DNA of 44,144 nucleotides from assembly GCA_964507595.1 (NCBI GenBank), contig CAZDPO010000001.1:1-44144 (forward strand). The letters run 5' to 3'. The position numbers and the translations under genes are program-made. Below are positions 8,656 to 17,322 of this stretch, piece by piece. Every line of letters begins with the position of its first letter. Position 1 is the stretch's first letter. The notes beneath the pieces are model-generated. The model worked only from the letters and a program-made list of their open reading frames with translations, ran no database searches and was not told the origin of the DNA. This DNA comes from Candidatus Woesearchaeota archaeon. Lineage in GTDB: Archaea; Nanobdellota; Nanobdellia; Pacearchaeales; GW2011-AR1.

Positions 8656-9429
8656 ATGAGGAAAAAGATAATTGTAATAACATCTGGTAAAGGAGGTGTA
8701 GGAAAAACTACTACTGCAATAAATTTAGGTGCAGCTATAAATTATTTTGGAAAAGACGTATTAATAATTGATGGAAATCTATCAACACCAAATGTTGGAA
8801 TTCATTTAAATTCTCCAGAAGTTCCAGTTTGTTTAAATGATCTTTTGTTTGGAGAAGCAGAACCCCATGAAGCAGTTTATGAGCATGAATCTGGATTAAA
8901 AATTATGCCTTCTTCATTATCTTTAAAAGAACTTAAAAGAATAAAACCAGAAAAATTAAAAGAATTAAAAAAAGAATTCAAATTATTAGGAGATTATATT
9001 ATCTTAGATAGTGCTGCTGGATTAGGAAAAGAAGCAATATCTGCAATTGAAATAGCAGATGAATTAATTGTTATCACAAATCCTGAAATGCCTGCAATAA
9101 CAGATGCTCTTAAAACAATAAAATTAGCAGAAGAAAAGAAAATACATGTTAAGGGAATAATTATCACAAGAGTTAAAAAAAATAAATCAGAAATGCAACC
9201 AGAAGTTGTAAAAGACATGTTAGAAGTTGCAATATTAGGCAGTATACCAGAAGACTCTGCAGTACAAGAAGCCTTAAATCTTAAAGATGCTTTAGTCCAT
9301 ACGCACCCAAAATCAAATTCAGCCAGAGCATATAAAGAAATTGCAGCTAAATTAATTGGTGTAGATTATAATTCTCGAAAAGACAGACATCCAATTTGGA
9401 TTAGAATGTTTAAACGAAAAGGATACTAG
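8656..9429 (+). CDS. minD: MinD/ParA-family P-loop ATPase
   Basis: Deviant Walker A (SGKGGVGKTTTAINLG), Walker B-like IILDSAAG, and overall archaeal MinD length. Confidence 0.8.
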   Translation: MRKKIIVITSGKGGVGKTTTAINLGAAINYFGKDVLIIDGNLSTPNVGIHLNSPEVPVCLNDLLFGEAEPHEAVYEHESGLKIMPSSLSLKELKRIKPEKLKELKKEFKLLGDYIILDSAAGLGKEAISAIEIADELIVITNPEMPAITDALKTIKLAEEKKIHVKGIIITRVKKNKSEMQPEVVKDMLEVAILGSIPEDSAVQEALNLKDALVHTHPKSNSARAYKEIAAKLIGVDYNSRKDRHPIWIRMFKRKGY

Positions 9430-9480
9430 AATATATACATTCAAAGATATATATTAAAGAATATACTTTATATAATATAT

Positions 9481-9864
9481 TTATCCTCTTAAAAAATCTC
9501 CAATATCTAATTTTTGAATTTTTGTAGAGATTTTTTTACCTTGAAATACTGCTAACTTACGAACTTTTCTTAAAGTAAATTTACCAACTCCTTTCTCAAA
9601 ATAAGTTAATATCTCTCTTCCGTTTCCTTTGCTAAGAACTTTTCCCCTATAAGCTAGATCGCTTAAAATCTCAATTTCATCTTTAGATAACATATCTGTT
9701 TGAAGCATTAAATGAATTAAACTTTTACTAACAATTCTTTTTAGAGGATGGGTTTCTTTAATTAAATTTGATGTAATTGCATATTCATATCCTCCAATCA
9801 TTATTCGTTCATTTGAGCTAATCTCTTCCATATATAAAATATATTGATTATCTTCTAATTCCAT
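9481..9864 (-). CDS. hypothetical protein (127 aa)
   Basis: ATG ORF with no motif recognised. Confidence 0.35.
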   Translation of the reverse strand: MELEDNQYILYMEEISSNERIMIGGYEYAITSNLIKETHPLKRIVSKSLIHLMLQTDMLSKDEIEILSDLAYRGKVLSKGNGREILTYFEKGVGKFTLRKVRKLAVFQGKKISTKIQKLDIGDFLRG

Positions 9865-9912
9865 AAAAATTTATTGAGAGGTTTATTTTTAAAGATTATT
9901 GTACTATATTTT

Positions 9913-10263
9913 TTAACCAACTCTACTTCCAACTTCAATATCAGATTCAGGTATAATTAAAATAACTTTTTCATGATCTGAAGTTGACGCTGCTAAAAGC
10001 ATTCCTTGAGATTCAATTCCCTTCATTTTTCTTGGACTTAAATTAGAAAAATAAATTATTTTCTTTCCAATTAAATCTTCTTTAGAATAATATGGTTTTA
10101 ATCCAGCACAAATTGTTCTCTCACCTATTTCCTCCCCAACATCTAATTCAATTTTGTAAAGTTTATCGGCACCTTCAATTTCTTCAACAGTTTTTATTTG
10201 TGCAACTCTTAAATCTAATTTACTCCAATCTTCAAAATTAACTTGTGCTATTCCTTCTACCAT
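9913..10263 (-). CDS. stand-alone tRNA-binding domain protein (Trbp111/EMAP-like; corresponds to the MetRS C-terminal domain)
   Basis: FEDWSKLDLRVAQIKTVEEIEGADKLYKIELDVGEE..RTICAGLKPYY...LIGKKIIYFSNLSPRKMKGIESQGMLLAA. Its ATG lies 1 nt after the metG stop (TAA A ATG). Confidence 0.8.
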   Translation of the reverse strand: MVEGIAQVNFEDWSKLDLRVAQIKTVEEIEGADKLYKIELDVGEEIGERTICAGLKPYYSKEDLIGKKIIYFSNLSPRKMKGIESQGMLLAASTSDHEKVILIIPESDIEVGSRVG

Positions 10264-10264
10264 T

Positions 10265-11722
10265 TTATATTTTCTTAAATAAAATATCTCCTTTAATTAT
10301 TTTATTATTCTCTAAAAGCTGTTTTTTAACATTATCAAATTCAATTTTAAATCCAAATTGTTTAGCAATTTTCTCAGATGTTTCAGGCATAAAAGGCCAA
10401 AGCAAAATTACAATTGCTTTAATAGAATCTGCAACTTCATAAAGAATAAATTTATCTTTAGTTTCCCATGGCTTTTTATTCTGAACATATTCATTACAAA
10501 CATCAATAAATGCAAATATTTCATTCAAAGCTTTATCTAATTCATAATTTTCAATTAATTTTTCAATTTCTTTTAATTTTAATTTCTTCAAAAGTTTATT
10601 TTCACATTTTTCAACACCATTTTTTTCAATTAAACTAGAAACCCTACTAACTAAATTTCCAAGTTTATTTGCAAGTTCATTATTATGTCTATCAATCAAA
10701 GCTTTTTCAGAAAAATCACCATCATCTCCAAAAGGAGTTGCACGACATAAAGAATATCTTATACTATCTGCAGGGTATTTCTTTAAAAGTTCAAGAGGAG
10801 CAACAACATTTCCTGTTGATTTAGACATTTTTTTACCATCTACTGTCAAAAAGCCGTGCACGATAACCTCTTTAGGTAAAGCCAATCCTGCAGATAATAA
10901 CATTCCAGGCCAAATACCTATATGAAATCTTAACATATCTTTTCCAACAACATGCAAGTCTGCAGGCCAAAATTTTTCATACCTTTTATTTGGATATCCT
11001 ACACCAGTTAAATAATTTGTAAGAGCATCACACCAAACATACATTACTTGAGTTTTATCTCCAGGAACAGGAATTCCCCACGGAAGAACTTCCTTATTTC
11101 TAGAAAAACTAACATCTGTTAAACCCTCTTTAATTAAACTTAAAAAATCATTTTTCCATTTCTTAGGATGAATTTTTAATTTATCTGCTTTAATTAATTC
11201 AGTTATTTTTTTTGAATACTTGCTTAATTTAAAAAAATAATTTTCTTCTTCTATTTTTTGAATTTCTAATTTTGGATGATCAGGACATTTGCCTCCAACC
11301 AAATCTTTTTCTGTTACAAATCTTTCACAACCAGAACAGTAAAATCCCAAATATTTTTTCTTATAAATATCTCCACTTTTTTCTAATAATTTCCACATCT
11401 GAACAACACCTGGCCAATGATTTTTTTGATCCGTGGTTCTAATAAAATAATTTTGGGAGATATTCAATTCTTTTGCTAGTGCTTCAAATAAATCTGAATT
11501 TTTATCTACAAAATCTTGTGGAGAAAGCCCTTGTCTTTTTGCTGTTTGATAATTTTTAACTCCATGCTCATCTGTTCCTGTTAAAAAGAAAACATCTTTT
11601 CCAAGAAGACGGTTCCACCTAGCCAAAATATCTGCTTCTACAAGTTCCAAAGCAAATCCAATATGAGGAGGGGCATTTGCATAGGGAATTGTTGTTGTAA
11701 TATAAAATGTTTTCTTTGCCAT
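10265..11722 (-). CDS. metG: methionyl-tRNA synthetase, core enzyme without the C-terminal tRNA-binding domain
   Basis: HIGH-type motif (PYANAPPHIGFALE), KMSKS (KMSKSTGNVV) and a zinc knuckle (CSGCERF...GKCPDHP). It ends ...ILFKKI, the usual end of the anticodon-binding domain. Confidence 0.9.
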   Translation of the reverse strand: MAKKTFYITTTIPYANAPPHIGFALELVEADILARWNRLLGKDVFFLTGTDEHGVKNYQTAKRQGLSPQDFVDKNSDLFEALAKELNISQNYFIRTTDQKNHWPGVVQMWKLLEKSGDIYKKKYLGFYCSGCERFVTEKDLVGGKCPDHPKLEIQKIEEENYFFKLSKYSKKITELIKADKLKIHPKKWKNDFLSLIKEGLTDVSFSRNKEVLPWGIPVPGDKTQVMYVWCDALTNYLTGVGYPNKRYEKFWPADLHVVGKDMLRFHIGIWPGMLLSAGLALPKEVIVHGFLTVDGKKMSKSTGNVVAPLELLKKYPADSIRYSLCRATPFGDDGDFSEKALIDRHNNELANKLGNLVSRVSSLIEKNGVEKCENKLLKKLKLKEIEKLIENYELDKALNEIFAFIDVCNEYVQNKKPWETKDKFILYEVADSIKAIVILLWPFMPETSEKIAKQFGFKIEFDNVKKQLLENNKIIKGDILFKKI

Positions 11723-11756
11723 AATAAGAGTTATTTTAAGAAATATTTAAAGATAA

Positions 11757-12821
11757 CTAATCTTTAGGTTTATATAAAAAATCTAAATCTTTCTTTCCCC
11801 AATGATACCAACAATTATTATATCCTCTTAAAACAGTTCTTGCTCCAATCAATTTATCAATCTCTGTTTTATTTAGCACATCTACCCAATATCCTTCACT
11901 AGAAGATTTTTCCACAATTAAACATTTTAATCTTAATGTATCTGTAAAATCCACCATTTTTTCATCAACAGGGATAGGAAAAGGATTTATCTGAAATTGG
12001 TTCCAATGTGGATGTTTCCCAACATATTTCATAGCATCATAAAAAGAAAAAATAGTTGAAGCAGACCAAAAGAAAAAAGGAAAAGCTTTCTTTTGATGTT
12101 CTTTTCCCCTATATGACACATCTGGGTCATTTGAATTATGCTCTATATCAACCCATCCTGCAAATCTCTCAGGATCTCTTGCCTTATGCATCGGTAAATT
12201 ACTTAATGTAAATTCATATGCAATTCCTTCTTCTGTTCTTGAATTGACTCTAACTCTTAAGTTTTTCCCATAGGGGACCTTATCTAAAACTTTTCCAGAA
12301 AAATCTCCTTTAGATTTCATAGCTTGCATTTCAGCACCTGTGAAAGAACGTAACCAAGTTGTTGCAGAAAAATGTTTATCCCTTCTAGTCCAGTAAAAGC
12401 CGATTGGAGGATTTTCAACATCACATTCTTCAATTGCTAATTTAATTAAATTTTCAGGGATAATTTGATAATTTCTTAAAAAAGCTTTAGTTAAAACTCC
12501 TGGAGGATTTTTTAAATTTGAGATGTTTCTTAAAACCCTTACATTGTCGATTTTTACTAAATCTTCTAAGGATTTTATTCCAAAATCAGAACTTATTCTA
12601 GAAATCATAAATTTTTGTGGTAAAATAATTATTCCTGGTGCAGACCAATCTAAATTTTCAATTGTTTCAACTGCTTGAGCATATGAATCTCCAGCAAGTA
12701 TAAATTTTTCTTGAGCAAGAAATTCTCCCAATTTCTCAGGAGTTATTGCTCTAGGACTTTCAATACCTTGCAAATTAAAAATTTCTTTAACACTTGGTCT
12801 TCTAAATGTTCTTTCTTTCAT
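11757..12821 (-). CDS. hypothetical protein (354 aa), no recognisable domain
   Basis: Long uninterrupted ORF. The track start at 12860 is TTG. The ATG at 12821 (MKERTF) has TTTATATA about 21 nt upstream. Confidence 0.5.
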   Translation of the reverse strand: MKERTFRRPSVKEIFNLQGIESPRAITPEKLGEFLAQEKFILAGDSYAQAVETIENLDWSAPGIIILPQKFMISRISSDFGIKSLEDLVKIDNVRVLRNISNLKNPPGVLTKAFLRNYQIIPENLIKLAIEECDVENPPIGFYWTRRDKHFSATTWLRSFTGAEMQAMKSKGDFSGKVLDKVPYGKNLRVRVNSRTEEGIAYEFTLSNLPMHKARDPERFAGWVDIEHNSNDPDVSYRGKEHQKKAFPFFFWSASTIFSFYDAMKYVGKHPHWNQFQINPFPIPVDEKMVDFTDTLRLKCLIVEKSSSEGYWVDVLNKTEIDKLIGARTVLRGYNNCWYHWGKKDLDFLYKPKD

Positions 12822-12888
12822 ATAAAAAGAAAACAAAGAAAATATATAAACATTTATCAAATAAAAAATATATAATAAAATGTAAAAG

Positions 12889-14265
12889 ATGGTGAAGAAA
12901 AAAGAAAAACTAAGTATTGAAGAACTAAAGCATAAAACCCGAAGACTTTCTATTAAAGAGGGTATATTCTGGACATTTAGACAAGCATTTGGAGATCATT
13001 ATATAGCTCCTTTTGCAATTGCAATTGGATCTTCAAACCCCATGGTTGCATTAATTAATGCAATGTGGAATATGTCTTTTGTTACTCAAATATTTGGAGT
13101 TAAAATCTTAAATAAAATCTCTAGAAAGAAAATTGTCTCAACTTCTGTTTTAATTAATTCACTTGGATTTTTATTAATGGCTTTAATTGGATTTTTATAT
13201 TTAAAAGGAATTGCAACAGAATATCTTCCACTTTTAATTCTTATTGATCTTTTTATTGTATTATCTTCAATGGGAATAGGGCATCCTGCATGGTTTTCTT
13301 GGATGGGAGAAGTTGTAGATCAAAAATATATGGGAAGATGGTGGGCAAAACGTTCAACAATTTTAACATTTATGTCGATTATACTAACAATAATTGCATC
13401 ATTTATATTGGAATTTTTTAAAAATAAAGAACTAGAGATGATTGGCTTTATTTTATTCTTTATGATAGCATTTATAACAAGAGTTTATTCTGTAAGAATT
13501 TTAAATAAACATTATGAACCAAAATCTAAAAAACAAAATACCTTCAAAATACGTTCTTTTTTCAAAGAACTAAGAAAAACAAATTTTGGGAAATTCATAA
13601 TATTTAGAGGACTTTTTTCATTAAGTGTAGGAATAACTTCTCCATTAGTTGCAATATATTTGCTAAGAAATCTTGGATTTAATTATCCAATATATATTAT
13701 AATTTCCTTGGCAGGAATGATTTTCTCAATCTTTACATTAAATTTATGGGGAAAATTAGCAGACAAATATGGAAATTATAGGGTAATTGCAATTGCAACC
13801 ATGTTTATACCTTTGACACCTATTCTTTGGATACTTTCTTCATCAAAACTATATTTATTTTTAATTCCAGGAATTATTGGTGGAATTAGCTGGTACGGAT
13901 TTATCTTAGCTTCAACAAACTTTGTATATGATAATAACTCTAAAACTAAAAGAGCAAATGCAATAAGTCTAATGAATTTATCTATTGGAATTGGTGCAAT
14001 AGTTGGTGGATTAATATCAGCAGGATTATTGGAATTTCTAAACACTTCTTGGATAGAACCAATTATCTTAATTTTTATTATTGGAAGTTTCGCAAGAATG
14101 ATTGCAGTCTTCTTTTTTATTCCAAAATTAAGGGAAATTAAACACAAACAAAAATTCAAAGGGTTTAAAGCATTAAAACACCTGGTAATAAAAGAATTAA
14201 AGCCAACCCTTATGGAAGATGCTCACGAAATAGCTTCAATTAAAAATTATATGCAAGAAGATTAA
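12889..14265 (+). CDS. MFS-type transporter (about 12 TM segments)
   Basis: Alternating hydrophobic segments throughout, and a central basic loop (KHYEPKSKKQNTFKIRSFFKELRK) as in 6+6 MFS topology. Confidence 0.65.
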   Translation: MVKKKEKLSIEELKHKTRRLSIKEGIFWTFRQAFGDHYIAPFAIAIGSSNPMVALINAMWNMSFVTQIFGVKILNKISRKKIVSTSVLINSLGFLLMALIGFLYLKGIATEYLPLLILIDLFIVLSSMGIGHPAWFSWMGEVVDQKYMGRWWAKRSTILTFMSIILTIIASFILEFFKNKELEMIGFILFFMIAFITRVYSVRILNKHYEPKSKKQNTFKIRSFFKELRKTNFGKFIIFRGLFSLSVGITSPLVAIYLLRNLGFNYPIYIIISLAGMIFSIFTLNLWGKLADKYGNYRVIAIATMFIPLTPILWILSSSKLYLFLIPGIIGGISWYGFILASTNFVYDNNSKTKRANAISLMNLSIGIGAIVGGLISAGLLEFLNTSWIEPIILIFIIGSFARMIAVFFFIPKLREIKHKQKFKGFKALKHLVIKELKPTLMEDAHEIASIKNYMQED

Positions 14266-14306
14266 ACCCGAACCTTTTTAAAATAAGCAGCCATAATATA
14301 AAAACA

Positions 14307-14951
14307 ATGTTACATAAAAAAAGATGCCCAAATTGTGAAGAAAAAATAAAATCAAATTATGATTACTGTCCTACTTGTGGATATAATCTTGGGAACTCTA
14401 AAAGAAGTAATGGGCTACTTGGAAAAAACAATTTAATTGATAAAGAGATGCCTTCTATAATGAATAAAATTTCTGGAGGAATTTTAAATAAAATGTTAGG
14501 GGGTACTATGAAAATGCTTGAAAAAGAAATGCAAAAATCATTCCAAGAAAACCAAAACCAACCAAACACCAAAATAAGATTAATGGTAAATGGAAAAGAA
14601 ATCACGCCAATAATTAATTCAACACAACCAAGAAAACAAAAAGAAAATATCCCAACAAAAACACTTCCAATAAATTTTTCTGCAGAAAGTTTAAAAAAAT
14701 TTAAAAAATTAAATAAAAAAGAACCTAAAACACAAGTCAGAAGAATAGGAGATAAATTAACTTATGAATTAGATGTTCCAGGAGTAGAATCCATTAAAGA
14801 TATATCTATAATAAAAATAGAAAAAGGCATTGAAGTAAAAGCAATAGCTAAAAACAAAGCATATGAAAAAACAATCTCAATTGATCTCCCATTATTAAAA
14901 TATATTCTTTCAGAAGGAAAAATTTCTTTAGAATTAGATGCAAAAGCATAA
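14307..14951 (+). CDS. zinc-ribbon protein with a C-terminal Hsp20/alpha-crystallin-like domain
   Basis: N-terminal CPNCEEK...YCPTCG. The C-terminal LTYELDVPGVESIKDISIIKIEKGIEVKA resembles the small-HSP ACD core. Confidence 0.5.
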   Translation: MLHKKRCPNCEEKIKSNYDYCPTCGYNLGNSKRSNGLLGKNNLIDKEMPSIMNKISGGILNKMLGGTMKMLEKEMQKSFQENQNQPNTKIRLMVNGKEITPIINSTQPRKQKENIPTKTLPINFSAESLKKFKKLNKKEPKTQVRRIGDKLTYELDVPGVESIKDISIIKIEKGIEVKAIAKNKAYEKTISIDLPLLKYILSEGKISLELDAKA

Positions 14952-14970
14952 TTAATCTAAGCCGCAAAAC

Positions 14971-14980
14971 TTTTAAATAA
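14971..14980 (+). promoter_or_regulatory. TATA-like box for tRNA-Ile
   Basis: TTTTAAATAA is centred about 27 nt upstream of tRNA position 1. Confidence 0.45.
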
Positions 14981-15003
14981 CTCATAGCATTTAGATTTTA
15001 AGA

Positions 15004-15132
15004 GATCCTGTAGCTCAGTCTGGTTAGAGTACCGCTCTGATAAATTCGATGTTCGGTTGAATGTCTAATTCCCTCCATCTATGGTGGGTTTCAGAAAGGC
15101 GGGGGTCCTCGGTTCGAATCCGAGCAGGATCA
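15004..15132 (+). tRNA. tRNA-Ile (anticodon GAU) with a roughly 54-nt intron at the canonical 37/38 position (about 15043..15096)
   Basis: Manual cloverleaf: acceptor GATCCTG/CAGGATC, D arm GCTC/GAGT, anticodon stem CCGCT/GGCGG, loop CTGATA|intron|A, T arm CTCGG-TTCGAAT-CCGAG, discriminator A. No encoded CCA. Confidence 0.85.
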
Positions 15133-15187
15133 TTTTATTCTTCAAAATACGAATAATTATAAATAAACTCCAATAAACAAAATCATA

Positions 15188-15430
15188 ATGATAAATAAAG
15201 AAAAAAATCTAGAAAAAAGAATAAGAAGCTATAGGCTTGCCTTTCATAATATAAATCCAGATCGTAAGGCTGTAAGAGAAGCTATACAAGATGAACTAAA
15301 TGAAAAAGTAAAAATCAAAAATTGGAAAATTGAAAAAATAATTAGTTATGAAGCATTTATTGAAGGAAGCACTCTAAAATACCCTCAAAAAGAAACCTTA
15401 GTAATAGTACAATATCAAGTATATATTTAA
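15188..15430 (+). CDS. hypothetical protein (80 aa)
   Basis: ORF only. Confidence 0.3.
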   Translation: MINKEKNLEKRIRSYRLAFHNINPDRKAVREAIQDELNEKVKIKNWKIEKIISYEAFIEGSTLKYPQKETLVIVQYQVYI

Positions 15431-15476
15431 GAACTGTTCACAAAACCTTTTTAAACCAACTCTTTCTCAAATAAAC

Positions 15477-16172
15477 ATGACAGAAAAGAAATCAACAGAA
15501 ATTAAACTAAAAAAACCAGTTAAGAAAAAAGAGAAGGCAAAAGAAGAAGAAAAAGTTCATTCTAAAAGTGTTAAAGGAATGTATTATTATGTTAAACAAG
15601 CTTGGAAAAAACCAGAGAAAAAAACACTTAGAGAAAGAATGATTGATTGGAGAGCTTCAGATGTTTTTACAAAAGTTGAAAAACCTTTAAGAATAGACAG
15701 AGCAAGAGGTTTAGGATATAAAGCAAAAAAAGGATTTGTAGTTATTAGAGTTAGAATAAAAAGAGGAGGACATAAAAGACAAAGACCAAATAAAGGAAGA
15801 AGATCAAAAAGATTGCACATTAGAAAAAACTTAAAGATGAATTATAAGTGGATTTCAGAACAAAGAGTTGAAAAGAAATTCAAAAATCTAGTTGTTTTAA
15901 ACTCATATTTAATTGGAAAAGATGGCCAACATTATTTTTATGAAGTTATTTGTGTAGACCCACAAATGCCAGAAATAAAAAATGATTCTACAATAAATTG
16001 GATTTGCAAACCTGAAAACCAAAAAAGAACAATGAGAGGTTTAACAAGTGCTGCAAAGAAATCAAGAGGATTAAGAAACAAACATCCAACTTCAAAAGTT
16101 AGACCTTCTGTAAGAGCTGGAAATAGAAGAACTTCTAGAAATGAAGGTGTAAGAAAAAAGCACAAATTATAA
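15477..16172 (+). CDS. rpl15e: 50S ribosomal protein L15e with a lysine-rich N-terminal extension
   Basis: YYYVKQAWKKPEK...RIDRARGLGYKAKKGFVVIRVRIKRGGHKRQRPNKGRRSKR. TTTTTAAA lies 21 nt upstream of the first ATG, which supports the extension. Confidence 0.9.
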   Translation: MTEKKSTEIKLKKPVKKKEKAKEEEKVHSKSVKGMYYYVKQAWKKPEKKTLRERMIDWRASDVFTKVEKPLRIDRARGLGYKAKKGFVVIRVRIKRGGHKRQRPNKGRRSKRLHIRKNLKMNYKWISEQRVEKKFKNLVVLNSYLIGKDGQHYFYEVICVDPQMPEIKNDSTINWICKPENQKRTMRGLTSAAKKSRGLRNKHPTSKVRPSVRAGNRRTSRNEGVRKKHKL

Positions 16173-16211
16173 TTAAATAATTCTTAAATATCATTTGAGG
16201 TTGTAAATAAA

Positions 16212-16496
16212 ATGAAATTAGAAAAAATCGAAGAAGAAGATCATGAATATGCCTTGAGTATATTGCTTTTATTAAAAAGAAATAATAAGGAAGGGGTGCC
16301 AAATACTAGATTTGATAAAAATTCAAGTTTAGAAATTCTAGAGAGATTAGAAAGAAATAAATTGATTCTAATAAAACATCCAGAAGACGAAGAAGATGAA
16401 ACTGATTATTATTACCATATTTCTTCAAAAGGTTTAGATTATATTAAAAGATCTACCGATGTATTCAAACAAGATTATAGGAAACTTAAAGAATAA
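16212..16496 (+). CDS. hypothetical protein (94 aa)
   Basis: ORF only. Confidence 0.3.
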   Translation: MKLEKIEEEDHEYALSILLLLKRNNKEGVPNTRFDKNSSLEILERLERNKLILIKHPEDEEDETDYYYHISSKGLDYIKRSTDVFKQDYRKLKE

Positions 16497-16541
16497 AAAA
16501 TGGTCCAAAACACTTAAAAATTAAACAAGTTTTATATTAAA

Positions 16542-17123
16542 ATGAAATTAAAAGGAAGTGAAACAGAAAAAAACCTATTAAAATCTTTTGCAGGCGAGAG
16601 CCAAGCAAGAAATAGATATACTTATTTTGCATCTGTTGCAAAAAAAGAAGGTTATGAACAAATATCTGCAATCTTCACAGAAACAGCAGATAATGAAAAA
16701 GAACATGCAAAAATATTTTTTAAATATTTAAAAGAATCTGGAGGAGAAGCTGTTGAAATTACTGCAATGTATCCTGCTGGGAAAATATCAACAACAAAAG
16801 ATAATCTATTAGCTGCTGCAAATGGAGAATTAGAAGAACATTCTAAAATTTATCCTGAATTTGAAAAAATAGCTAGAAAAGAAGGATTTAAAGAAATTGC
16901 AAATTCATTTAAAGAAATTGCAGAAGTTGAAGAACAACATGAAAAAAGATACAGAAAATTGCTAGATAACCTAAACAAGAATAAAGTTTTCAAAAAAGAT
17001 CAATCTGTAAAATGGAAATGTAGAAATTGCGGTTATGTTCATGAGGGCCCAGATGCTCCAGATGAATGTCCTGCTTGTAAACATCCCCAAGCATATTATG
17101 AAATACTTTGTGAAAATTATTAA
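16542..17123 (+). CDS. rbr: rubrerythrin
   Basis: Diiron four-helix motifs (GESQARNRYTYFA, EKEHAKIF, ELEEHSKIY, EEQHEKRY) and a C-terminal rubredoxin-like CRNCG...CPAC. Confidence 0.9.
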   Translation: MKLKGSETEKNLLKSFAGESQARNRYTYFASVAKKEGYEQISAIFTETADNEKEHAKIFFKYLKESGGEAVEITAMYPAGKISTTKDNLLAAANGELEEHSKIYPEFEKIARKEGFKEIANSFKEIAEVEEQHEKRYRKLLDNLNKNKVFKKDQSVKWKCRNCGYVHEGPDAPDECPACKHPQAYYEILCENY

Positions 17124-17124
17124 A

Positions 17125-17322
17125 ATGATGACTATAAAATTAAGGATTATTTTAAATTCCTTGCTTTTTACATTTCTGATATTATTATTAATAGGTATAG
17201 AAATTAATAGAGAAATTCATAAATTTTTTGGAGTAATATTTATAATATTAATTGCATTACATATAATATCTCATTGGAATTGGTTTAAATCCCTACCAAA
17301 AATGTTAAAGAAATTAAAATGA
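17125..17322 (+). CDS. small two-TM membrane protein (65 aa) with a His-rich motif HIISHWNWF
   Basis: An ATG lies 1 nt after the rbr stop. The track ORF 17035..17322 overlaps rbr upstream, and that part was discarded. ATGA overlap with dfx. Confidence 0.5.
   Translation: MMTIKLRIILNSLLFTFLILLLIGIEINREIHKFFGVIFIILIALHIISHWNWFKSLPKMLKKLK

Noticed and set aside
8994-9218. Several 60-130 aa antisense ORFs: 8994..9218, 10245..10540, 13776..14159, 14363..14605, 15587..16165, 18847..19029, 20350..20535, 21849..22106, 23526..23729, 24050..24298, 25744..25938, 26632..26907, 27516..27749, 29801..30061, 31272..31488, 32885..33085, 33647..33856, 36427..36717, 37020..37268, 43181..43414, 43670..43876
   Set aside because: All lie opposite or overlapping better-supported genes. 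They have Phe/Leu/Ile/Ser-rich composition, as expected from the antisense of AT-rich, Lys/Glu-rich coding sequence, and none has promoter or SD signals.
9430-9480. ATATA-rich stretch with a repeated AGAATATA(T)AC between minD and the convergent ORF
   Set aside because: It is short, AT-only and imperfect, and indistinguishable from chance in a genome of this composition.
10255-10275. Treating the metG / tRNA-binding-domain break as a pseudogenising frameshift
   Set aside because: This is not called a pseudogene. The break coincides exactly with the natural domain boundary, both ORFs are intact, and the downstream ORF has its own ATG 1 nt after the stop. A sequencing indel cannot be excluded without reads, so it is listed as a finding instead.
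15043-15096. Possibility that the long tRNA-Ile intron encodes a C/D-box sRNA
   Set aside because: No RUGAUGA (C box) plus CUGA (D box) pair in the proper arrangement was found within the intron.
17035-17124. N-terminal part of track ORF 17035..17322, overlapping the rubrerythrin C-terminus
   Set aside because: This region encodes the rubredoxin-like CxxC...CxxC domain of rbr in another frame. The membrane protein most plausibly starts at ATG 17125, just after the rbr stop.
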